44,404 bases of DNA, taken from positions 1 to 44,404 of the forward strand of contig CAVGEJ010000004.1 in assembly GCA_963628215.1 (NCBI GenBank). Direction: 5' to 3'. Below, in pieces: positions 18,882-27,002 of this stretch; the first letter of the stretch is position 1, and the number at the start of each line of letters is the position of its first letter. The position numbers and the translations under genes are program-made. Source of the stretch: Eubacterium sp. CAG:180 (GTDB lineage Bacteria; Bacillota; Clostridia; Oscillospirales; CAG-272). The notes beneath the pieces were generated by a model that was not told the origin of the DNA, ran no database searches, and saw only the letters and a program-made list of their open reading frames with translations.

Positions 18882-21800
18882 TCAGTTGAGCGACGAGTTG
18901 GTAAACCGTTCGATGTCGGCGAGTTTTTCCTTCATGACCTCGTTCGACATTCCCTGCCACCAACCGTCCTCAAAGATCGTAGAATCCTGCGAGGTGATCT
19001 GATCTTTTGTTGTCCACGAATCGAAAGCGTCCGCGTTGTCAAAGTATGCAAACCGTTCGATGCCCATATCGGTGAACGCATTCTTATGAATCTTCTTGAC
19101 GATGCCGAGGGTGATTTCGTTGAAGGACTGGTTCTTGACGCCGTAGGTCACATAGTACGCCGAGCCTTCCATCATCTCATAGCGCATGACCGCCGTGCCC
19201 GCAACAGGCCAGTTGCTTTCGTAATAGCGCATGGTTCTGCCGATGGCAAACGTATCGCTTCCGCCCGCGTAGCCGCCTGCGGTTGCAAGGTACTGCACGT
19301 CGTAAACCGTAACGTCCACTTCGCCGCCCGCACTGTTCTTCTTCACAACCTCACTGCCCGTATACTTCACAATGCCGTAGTTGTTTCCCGCTCCGCCGCA
19401 GACGAAGAAGAAATCGCCAACCTGCGCATTCGGGTAAACATAGTCCTTCGACCACGGGTAAGCAAGCAGGTATCTGCCCTCTTCGCCCGCAACCGGCGTA
19501 AACATCTTGATGGCGCGGGTCTTGAACGCGTAGGGTGCAATGCTCTTGAGGTTTGCAAGCGGAATTGTGACGTTCAGTTCGCCGCTTGCAACGTAGAGGT
19601 TCTGCACGGGGTCGAGATAGCAACCCGCGTCGCCGAACGCATACGACCCGATCTCTTCCAGTCCGCCCTGCTCAATGACAACCAGGCGCAGGTTTGCGGT
19701 GTTGCGGAAAGCGTTCTCTCCGATCACCTTCACGCTGTTCTTGATGTAGACCTGCGCGATGTTCTCGTTGTCCATGAACGCGCCTGCGGCAATCGCGGTA
19801 ATCTTCTTGCCGTCGATCGCGGCGGGAATGTTGACGATGTAAAGCCCTTCCTCGCCCGGCACTTGCTGTGCGTTTGCGGAATCAAAGCCCGTCACGGTCA
19901 GAGTACCGTCCGCATTCTCCGAGGTGGTAATGCCGTACTTGTCGTACTCCAGTCTGAGCGTGATGTAAAGGTTTCTCGTCACGGTCGCGTTCGGGTCGAA
20001 GTCCCCGTTCAGTTCGCTCAGTTCGGTAATGACATAGGCGTAAGGAAGATCGTTCAGCCCAAGCACCTCTGCAATCGTCTCTTTCGTCAGCTTCTCACCG
20101 CTCTTGAGCAGTTTCTTGGAAGAATAGGACTTCGAGAAGCCCGTCATCTCGCTTGAAGCAAAGATGTTGACGGTAACCGCCGTGCCTTCGGCAATCTCCT
20201 TGGTGAACACCACGGGGTAGCCGTTCATTTCGGAATAAAGGAGCGTGTCGTAGTTACTGGTGGAATAAACAAAGTTGAAATTCTTGAATTTGGTCGGCAT
20301 TTTGGTGTTGTCGATCTCCACTCTGCCGATTCCCTCGCCCAGTGTGGACACCACCGAGAACCAATCCGCGCCCGCATAGTCTCTCGTCGGGTCGGCAATC
20401 ACATTCGGGCGATAGAGCAGACCACCGCGGGATTTCGTTGCGCCGTTATAGCCCGGAACGATCGAGACCGACGCATTGTAGGACGCCTGCGTGACGGTTG
20501 CCGGAAGCTTCAGCACGTCAGCCTCGATTGCCGAATACAGACCGACCTGAATTTTCGTCACGCCGCTCGGAATCTCCAGCACACCGTCTTTGACATTCTT
20601 CTGATAGTCCGAAACCAACACCTTATCCGTGCCGTTGACAAGATAGATGCGGCTGTCACTTTCGTCGCGCGTGAACACCGATTTTTCACCGAAGGTCACA
20701 TTCTCCGGCAGTCTCGCAATATTCGTCACGGAATCGGGAATTGCGATCTCGAAGTCATATGCCTTGTCGCTCTTGGGTTTGAGCACATCCGCCGTTGTCT
20801 CATATTCCGCCCAGAAGCAATCCAGCACCGACACCAGTTTGGAGGGCAGCGTAACCGACTTCAGTCTCGGCATGACGTTGAAGGAACGCTCCAGAACCTT
20901 CAGCGTGGAGGGCAACTGCACCGTTTCCAGTTCGCTTGCCTCGCTCCCGTTGAACTTGGCAATCCACTCGATGCCTTCGTCAAAGAGGAAGACCTTTGCG
21001 CCGCTGAAGTTCGAACCGAGCGTTTCCGCCATCACACCGGTTACATTTCCGTAGGTCACCTGAATGCCGTCCTCGGTCTCTTCCTGATCGACAACCGCGT
21101 TCGAGGAAAGAATCGACACGACCGGGAAATCCTTGATTCCGCTGACCGAGGAATCCACAAAATCAAGGTAGTAGTTGCCGCTGTCGCTGTCGCGGGAGAA
21201 GCCGAGTCCGGGCGTTTGCCAACGGACGCGGATCGTCATATTGCCCGAAACCGCTTTGTCGAAATTCACGCTGTTTCCGTCCGCCACATAGGAGACCGAA
21301 ACGGGATCCATATAGGATTGCAGGATGTACTTGCTCTCAAAGCTGACGTCGTTGCCGTCGCTGTCCTTCGCAACCGCCGCCCCGGGTGCGGTAAGCTTCT
21401 CCCCAACGGGAATATCGGCTTCGTACAGGGCGTTCTGATACCCGTCGCCGAAGGTGACGTGCGCGAGATATCTGCCGAACAGTTCGGTTACATCCGCGCC
21501 GACTTCGTATTTCACCGCATAGCTTGCGTCGGTATACCAACCGTCAAACGACAGGTTGTATTTCAGCGCGTCCGCAGTGTACTGCCATGTCAGCGCGTCC
21601 AGTTCCTCGAGCTTCTTCTGCTCGCTCTCGCCGCCGTTGACAGACACCTGTACCTGCGCGGGAACAAAATATGCGTACACCGTCACCGCGCCCGTCAAGC
21701 CGTCATTGCGGAACGGGGTCGGCGTTTCCGAGTAGTCGTACCAATCACGGAACACATAGTTCGTCTTGGTCGGATCTTGCGGCAGGGTGACCTTGCCGTC

Positions 21801-21968
21801 CTTGGCGTCAACTTGGGCGTATTGCTCCCAAGCGCCGTTTTCGTTCTGCACCATAAAGGTAACAGACGCGTTTTCCTTGCTCCCGCACGATATGAGCGTG
21901 CAGGCACTGACAAGCAGCATCGCGAGGCAGAGCAGAATGCCACGGACGCTCTTTCTGATTGTTGTCAT
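18882..21968 (-). CDS. giant lipoprotein with Listeria-Bacteroides repeats and BspA-type leucine-rich repeats
   Basis: 1028 aa. Lipobox TLISC-G. NYVFRDWYDY and LSFDGWYTDASY repeats. LRR_5-like segments (for example ITAIAAGAFMDNENIAQVYIKNSVKVIGENAFRNTANLRLVVI). AGGAGG upstream. Confidence 0.8.
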   Translation of the reverse strand: MTTIRKSVRGILLCLAMLLVSACTLISCGSKENASVTFMVQNENGAWEQYAQVDAKDGKVTLPQDPTKTNYVFRDWYDYSETPTPFRNDGLTGAVTVYAYFVPAQVQVSVNGGESEQKKLEELDALTWQYTADALKYNLSFDGWYTDASYAVKYEVGADVTELFGRYLAHVTFGDGYQNALYEADIPVGEKLTAPGAAVAKDSDGNDVSFESKYILQSYMDPVSVSYVADGNSVNFDKAVSGNMTIRVRWQTPGLGFSRDSDSGNYYLDFVDSSVSGIKDFPVVSILSSNAVVDQEETEDGIQVTYGNVTGVMAETLGSNFSGAKVFLFDEGIEWIAKFNGSEASELETVQLPSTLKVLERSFNVMPRLKSVTLPSKLVSVLDCFWAEYETTADVLKPKSDKAYDFEIAIPDSVTNIARLPENVTFGEKSVFTRDESDSRIYLVNGTDKVLVSDYQKNVKDGVLEIPSGVTKIQVGLYSAIEADVLKLPATVTQASYNASVSIVPGYNGATKSRGGLLYRPNVIADPTRDYAGADWFSVVSTLGEGIGRVEIDNTKMPTKFKNFNFVYSTSNYDTLLYSEMNGYPVVFTKEIAEGTAVTVNIFASSEMTGFSKSYSSKKLLKSGEKLTKETIAEVLGLNDLPYAYVITELSELNGDFDPNATVTRNLYITLRLEYDKYGITTSENADGTLTVTGFDSANAQQVPGEEGLYIVNIPAAIDGKKITAIAAGAFMDNENIAQVYIKNSVKVIGENAFRNTANLRLVVIEQGGLEEIGSYAFGDAGCYLDPVQNLYVASGELNVTIPLANLKSIAPYAFKTRAIKMFTPVAGEEGRYLLAYPWSKDYVYPNAQVGDFFFVCGGAGNNYGIVKYTGSEVVKKNSAGGEVDVTVYDVQYLATAGGYAGGSDTFAIGRTMRYYESNWPVAGTAVMRYEMMEGSAYYVTYGVKNQSFNEITLGIVKKIHKNAFTDMGIERFAYFDNADAFDSWTTKDQITSQDSTIFEDGWWQGMSNEVMKEKLADIERFTNSSLN

Positions 21969-22046
21969 GTTTACATGACCTCCTTTGAATATATGTCAAC
22001 CCGCTTGCGCGGTGTTGCATCAGGAATTGGCTGCTGTCCGACTCCG

Positions 22047-24314
22047 TCAGATGTCATAGCCCGCAAGAATTGCGGACGGCGTTTTGGTCAGCACGAAGAG
22101 ATACGGAATCAGCGAGACAGCGACCATCAGAAGGCTGCCTGCCGCCGCTCCGACCGCCGCAAGCCCGAGGAAGGGCGTCACCGACAGGTTCAGAATTCCG
22201 TACCGCACCGCGATCAGCGCCACGGTGACCGCCGAGAACAGCAGGAACGGCAGAACGCTGCCCGCAACCGCACGAACGGTCTCGCGGAACAACAGATTGC
22301 TCCGGTTTACGCCGATGGCGCGCAGAACGCCGTATTCCTTGCTGTTGCGGATGCTTGCGGATTTCTCGATAAAGAAGTAGATGAGATACAAGAGAACGAT
22401 TACGACCGCATAGAGTACCAAACCGCCCGACGCGTCGCGCCGCGCTTCCGCATCCTGTCTGTCATAAATCCCCTGCACGTCCAAAGTGGTAATTCCCTTT
22501 TCGGCAAGCAGATTCTTCAGCGCCCCAAATTGCTCCGCGTCCTTGGCGGAGACGGCAAAGCATGCCTGCGAGTCGGTTGCAAGTCCGGTTTCCCCCGGTT
22601 TGAGGTAAACGAAGATGTTGGAAAGCACGTTTTTGTTTACGATAATCCGCAGATCGGTTGTCATCACGTCGCGCGTCAGGCGGAACTGTCTGACATACAT
22701 CGGCTTGCTTCCGACAATCGAGATTGCGGTGGTCAGTTCCTTGAGCCGGCTGTTTGCGGCAGTGATGCGCGCGTCTGCGTCGGCGGTATCGGTCATCATT
22801 TTATATAGCGAATTCCGGCTGATTTCCAGAATCACGCGGTTATCCTCCAAACCCTCGCTGTCATCCGCCAGACAGATTTCGGTGGAAAAGCGATTGGAGG
22901 AAAAATTCTGTTCGAGGAAGATCTCGCCCGGGTCGGAAAGCCGCGCGGACGCATACACGCCGAGGTGATTCACATAGTCAATCCGATTGAACCAGACCGC
23001 GCTTTCCTCGCCCTCCACAATGCCGCATACGGGATACGTACCGTTCAGCGTAACCATCAGCATCGCAGAATCGCGCTTCAGTTCTTCCAAACGCAAGCCC
23101 GCTTTGATCTTTTCGGCAAGCCCGCGCGAGATCAGCACCTCGCCGCGCTCGGGAAGCCTGCCCCAAAGCCCCGCAGGCTCGCCGTCGGTCGGAATCGACT
23201 TCGGCGCAAACCCGAGTTCCAGTTCCGAGAGCGCCGCAACCTCGCCGTAGGAAAAGCTTCCCGTTTCAAAGGCAGTCTCGAAAAAGTCAATCGAATCATA
23301 TCGGGACGGATCGGTCACGCGGAGTTCGGAATAGCTGTTCAGCCCTGTGAACACCGTGCTTTCGGAAAGTGTTTTGTGCTCGGTCGTCACATTCAGCGCC
23401 TCGTTCACGGAGAAGGCAAAGAAGCAGAGCACCACCGCCATGGCAAGAATGAACACCTGCTTGAACGCGTCCCCCGCGCCAAATCCCTCGCCGTCGTCGC
23501 GTTTCCGCCGCAGAATCGACCGCAACCGAAACAGTCTGCCGTTGCGCTTTGCCGTGCTTCCGCGAAAATCGGAAAGCGCGCTGTGCCCGCTTTCGCTGTG
23601 CGGCGCGCGGTCATAAGTTCCGGGCGCGAGGTCGCTGTCGTCAATTTCCGCGTCCTCCACCAACTCGCCGTCCACAATCTTGATGTGGCTGTCGGCGTAG
23701 GTTCGGATCAGCGACACCTCATGCGTTACAACCACCACCAACCGCGTTTTGGAAATCTCCTTGAGAATATCCATGACCTTCACGGTGTTCTCCGCGTCCA
23801 GATTTCCCGTCGGCTCGTCCGCCAGAAGGACGTCGCCGCCCTTTACAATCGCCCTTGCAATCGCAACCCGCTGTTGCTGACCGCCTGAGAGCGCGTCGCC
23901 GCGCTTGTTGCGGAAACGCTCCATGTCAACCAGTTTCAGCGCCTCGTCGGTGCGGCGGGCAATCTCGTTTTCATCGCGGAAGCCCGCAATCAGCATCTGG
24001 TTGCGCAGAATCTGCGCGATGGTGTAGCCCTTTTCGAGATAGTAATTCTGAAAAACGAATCCGATTTTGGCGTTTCGGATGCGGTCGGTTCTGCCGCTTG
24101 TGCAAACGCCGTCAATATAGACCTTGCCGCTGTCCGCGCGCTCCAGACCGCCGATGATGTTGAGCAGAGTCGTTTTTCCGCTCCCGCTCTTTCCGTAAAT
24201 GCAGACCAACCCGCAGTCGGGAAGCGTAAAGGACACGCCCTTGAGCACCCGATTCGCATTTCGGGAATGCCGCCGGAAGGTCTTTGTGATGTTTTCCACA
24301 CGGATAACTGCCAT
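22047..24314 (-). CDS. MacB-type ABC protein: N-terminal ATPase fused to an FtsX-family permease with a large extracytoplasmic domain
   Basis: 755 aa. Walker A GKSGSGKTT, Q-loop VFQN, signature LSGGQQQR, Walker B LLADEPTGNLD, H-loop VVTHE. These are followed by TM1, about 330 aa of hydrophilic insert, and three C-terminal TM helices. Confidence 0.85.
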   Translation of the reverse strand: MAVIRVENITKTFRRHSRNANRVLKGVSFTLPDCGLVCIYGKSGSGKTTLLNIIGGLERADSGKVYIDGVCTSGRTDRIRNAKIGFVFQNYYLEKGYTIAQILRNQMLIAGFRDENEIARRTDEALKLVDMERFRNKRGDALSGGQQQRVAIARAIVKGGDVLLADEPTGNLDAENTVKVMDILKEISKTRLVVVVTHEVSLIRTYADSHIKIVDGELVEDAEIDDSDLAPGTYDRAPHSESGHSALSDFRGSTAKRNGRLFRLRSILRRKRDDGEGFGAGDAFKQVFILAMAVVLCFFAFSVNEALNVTTEHKTLSESTVFTGLNSYSELRVTDPSRYDSIDFFETAFETGSFSYGEVAALSELELGFAPKSIPTDGEPAGLWGRLPERGEVLISRGLAEKIKAGLRLEELKRDSAMLMVTLNGTYPVCGIVEGEESAVWFNRIDYVNHLGVYASARLSDPGEIFLEQNFSSNRFSTEICLADDSEGLEDNRVILEISRNSLYKMMTDTADADARITAANSRLKELTTAISIVGSKPMYVRQFRLTRDVMTTDLRIIVNKNVLSNIFVYLKPGETGLATDSQACFAVSAKDAEQFGALKNLLAEKGITTLDVQGIYDRQDAEARRDASGGLVLYAVVIVLLYLIYFFIEKSASIRNSKEYGVLRAIGVNRSNLLFRETVRAVAGSVLPFLLFSAVTVALIAVRYGILNLSVTPFLGLAAVGAAAGSLLMVAVSLIPYLFVLTKTPSAILAGYDI

Positions 24315-24315
24315 A

Positions 24316-26388
24316 TCAGCCCTTTACCCCCCTTCTCAGCGACCGACGGATGCTCTGCCCGCCGATGGTTCGGTTGAACCCGAACGCAACGCATTCCACA
24401 ATCAGAAGCAACATCCCCTCGATGAAGAAATACTGTCCGAGCGGAATGAAAGCAAGTCCGCTCCCCGGAAGCATCGCCGCAATCAGGCTTACAAGCGGCA
24501 ACAGCCCCAAGGTCGGCAGGAAAATCAGCGCCATCTGGACATAGAGCGAACGCGATGACACCTTTCCCGCAATGCCGAGCGTGCGATAGACGGCAAAGTC
24601 GGTCTGGAAAATCTTCACGCTTCTGCCGAAGATGACCGAAATCAGCGCCGCGAACAGCAGGCAGACCGCAATCAGCGCAATATAATATAGCACATTCATC
24701 GTGTAGAGCCCGGCGGCATTCGTCACATAAACCGTGCTTGCCGAAAGCATTCCGATCAACCCGTCGGGAAGCTGCGCAAGCGCCGCCTGCGCCGTTTGTT
24801 CGTCGGGGAAATAGAGCACCGAGCGGCTCGCGCTCTCCCGCTCCCCTTCAAAAATCCTGCTGTAATCCGCCTCGCTCAGCTTTACAATCAGCCGCCCCGA
24901 ACGGGCGTCGTCCTTTTCGGTATCGTCGGTGATCGTGTAGGAACGGTTGGATTGCACTGCAGGAACAGCTTCGTAGCGGGTTGCCTGATAGATATCGGAA
25001 TTGACCAGACGCATCGTCCCTTCCTCCAGAGCGGAATCCGCCTCGTAAGTATAGACGGTTACGCTGTTTTCCCCAAGCCGCATGGAGGTGTTGATGGCGC
25101 GCAGGCGTCCACCGTTTTCCTCTGCATCCGTATGGGAGAGATACAGAAGCACGCGATCGTCCGAAAGCGTTGTCCGCACGTCAATCTCCGTAAGTCCCGC
25201 GCCCGCTTCGGAAAAGACCGAGGCAATCGCAGCCCCGTCCCGCTCGGAGGAGCGCGGAAGCACCAGTACCGCATGTCCCGCTTCGGGATTGTGCACATAG
25301 GGCGCATACAGGCAGGTCACCGTGTAAGCGGAGAGCATTCCGCTTTCCCGCAGAACGTTCACCGTAAATTCCGAAAAAGATTGATCCGAGAGGCAGAATC
25401 CCGCCTTCGTCAGCCCCGCCGCCTCGTCGGTTTCTTCGGCGGTCACGCGACCGCTCTCGCCCGACAGAATCACCTTCCCCGCCACGCCGACGGTATCGAG
25501 CGTTGCACGGATCGGGCGGATCAGCGAAGAACCGAACACCGAAAGCGTGAGGAACAGCGTGACCGCGCAGACCAACAGCGCAAGACTCATCATCAGCGTA
25601 AAGCGCGGACGGCTTTTGTAGTTCAGCGTTCCGATAAAGAAGGTGTCCCGCCATGCCTTGCGACGGCTGACCTTCCCGTCCGGAATCGCGGGACAGGCGC
25701 TTGCCGTCGGCGCTTCCAGAACGCGATCCTCCTGCACAGCGCCGTCGCGGATGGTGATACGCCGCGTGGCGTATGCCTCGAAAAATTCGGGATTATGCGT
25801 GACAACGATCACCAGTTTGTCCTGCGACACGTCCTTCAGCAGTTTCGCAATCTCGCGCGACGCTTTGACATCCAGATTTCCCGTCGGTTCGTCCGCAAGG
25901 ATAATCGGCGCGTCCTTCGCAAGCGCCCGCGCGATCACCGTGCGTTGCTTCTCTCCGCCCGAGAGCCTGCTTCCGCGGCGGTTCATCTGGCGGGTCAGCC
26001 CCACCTTTTCAATCAGTTCCCGCGCCTTTTCGCGGCGAACCGCGCGGTTCTCAAAACGGAGCAGAGCCAACTCCACATTCTCGAGCACGGTCAGATTTTC
26101 GATGATATTGAAGTCCTGAAAAACCGTTGCGATGTATTTCTCGCGGTATTTCTCCCATTCTTCCGCACCGTAATGCGACGTTTCCTCGTCGCAGATGTAC
26201 AGCTCGCCTTCCTCGTAACTGTCGTTCGCGCCGATGACGTTCAGCAGTGTGGATTTTCCGCTCCCGCTCTCGCCTTCAATCGTCACGAATTCATTGGTAT
26301 CGAAATCCAGATTGATTCCGCGGATACCGATGGTCAGAATATCGTTGCTGTCATAAATTTTTCCGATGTTCTTCAGCCGCAGTAGCAA
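24316..26388 (-). CDS. MacB-type ABC protein (paralogue): N-terminal ATPase fused to an FtsX-family permease
   Basis: 690 aa. TTG start with GGAG 8 nt upstream and an in-frame TAA five codons upstream. GESGSGKST, LSGGEKQR, ILADEPTGNLD, VVTHN. Same TM1, large insert and 3-TM layout. One-nt gap to the next gene. Confidence 0.85.
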   Translation of the reverse strand: MLLRLKNIGKIYDSNDILTIGIRGINLDFDTNEFVTIEGESGSGKSTLLNVIGANDSYEEGELYICDEETSHYGAEEWEKYREKYIATVFQDFNIIENLTVLENVELALLRFENRAVRREKARELIEKVGLTRQMNRRGSRLSGGEKQRTVIARALAKDAPIILADEPTGNLDVKASREIAKLLKDVSQDKLVIVVTHNPEFFEAYATRRITIRDGAVQEDRVLEAPTASACPAIPDGKVSRRKAWRDTFFIGTLNYKSRPRFTLMMSLALLVCAVTLFLTLSVFGSSLIRPIRATLDTVGVAGKVILSGESGRVTAEETDEAAGLTKAGFCLSDQSFSEFTVNVLRESGMLSAYTVTCLYAPYVHNPEAGHAVLVLPRSSERDGAAIASVFSEAGAGLTEIDVRTTLSDDRVLLYLSHTDAEENGGRLRAINTSMRLGENSVTVYTYEADSALEEGTMRLVNSDIYQATRYEAVPAVQSNRSYTITDDTEKDDARSGRLIVKLSEADYSRIFEGERESASRSVLYFPDEQTAQAALAQLPDGLIGMLSASTVYVTNAAGLYTMNVLYYIALIAVCLLFAALISVIFGRSVKIFQTDFAVYRTLGIAGKVSSRSLYVQMALIFLPTLGLLPLVSLIAAMLPGSGLAFIPLGQYFFIEGMLLLIVECVAFGFNRTIGGQSIRRSLRRGVKG

Positions 26389-26418
26389 TGTTCTCTCTCC
26401 TTACCGCAAAATCGTGCA

Positions 26419-26434
26419 GTTAGCCTTGGCTAAC
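26419..26434 (-). promoter_or_regulatory. operator-like palindrome GTTAGCC-TT-GGCTAAC (RBS-proximal site)
   Basis: Arms are perfect 7-bp inverted repeats. The site lies 30 nt upstream of the TTG start. Its 22-nt context is 20/22 identical to 33669-33690. Confidence 0.6.
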
Positions 26435-26493
26435 CAATTGGCTTTGGAATCGGTGAAAGGAAGATTCCCTTCACCGTTTTTACCGCTCATTCG

Positions 26494-26509
26494 GTTAGTC
26501 CAAACTAAC
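26494..26509 (-). promoter_or_regulatory. operator-like palindrome GTTAGT-CCAA-ACTAAC (overlaps the predicted transcription start)
   Basis: Same GTTAG-N6-CTAAC frame, positioned 10-25 nt downstream of the -10 hexamer. Confidence 0.55.
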
Positions 26510-26518
26510 ACACGCCAT

Positions 26519-26547
26519 ATTATAGCATAGCAGACAAGCCTTGTCAA
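26519..26547 (-). promoter_or_regulatory. consensus sigma-70 promoter of the envelope operon
   Basis: On the minus strand: TTGACA (26547-26542), exact 17-nt spacer, TATAAT (26524-26519). Confidence 0.75.
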
Positions 26548-26659
26548 TATTCTTTCCGAAAGTTATCTCGGGCTAATTTTTTCGGGGTGGCGGAAGGGGA
26601 TTCCCGACCTCCTGATTTCGGGCAAAACAGAACCCTTTCCGTTTGATGGGAGAGGATTT

Positions 26660-26953
26660 ATCCCCCCTCATCAGTCGCTTACGCGACAGCTTCCCCCCCA
26701 AGGGGAAGCCTTTTTGCAAGAGTTGCCTCGTCCTTTCAATTGCAAATCAAATACAAAAAGATACAAAATTGATTTTTCGAAAATCGCAACGCTTACAAAG
26801 GCATCCTCTCGGTGGAAATTCTTTTTGCAAAAACTTCTTCACATTTCCAACCAAGCAAACAGAAGAAAAACCTGATTTTTCGGAAATCGCACTGTGTACA
26901 GAAGGCTTCCCCTTGGGGGGAAGCTGTCGCGCAAGCGACTGATGAGGGGGGAT
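26660..26953. repeat. MITE-like element: 50/51-bp terminal inverted repeats around an AT-rich 193-bp core with internal direct repeats
   Basis: The left arm (26660-26710) and the reverse complement of the right arm (26904-26953) differ by one substitution and one C indel. Each arm holds two small hairpins (GTCGC..GCGAC and GCTTCCCC..GGGGAAGC). The core has a direct repeat GATTTTTCGRAAATCGCA (26771-26788, 26874-26891) and a degenerate extra copy of the right-arm sequence near 26800-26820. Confidence 0.7.
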
Positions 26954-27002
26954 CTCCTTGCTCCAACCGCAAATAAATGCTTTTTTTGCATACAAATTTA
27001 GC

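Noticed and set aside
21969-22046. Internal promoter (TTGACA at about 22010, minus strand) ahead of the first lipoprotein gene
   Set aside because: No acceptable -10 hexamer lies at 16-18 nt; the sequence at that position is ATGTAA overlapping the start region. It was therefore not called.
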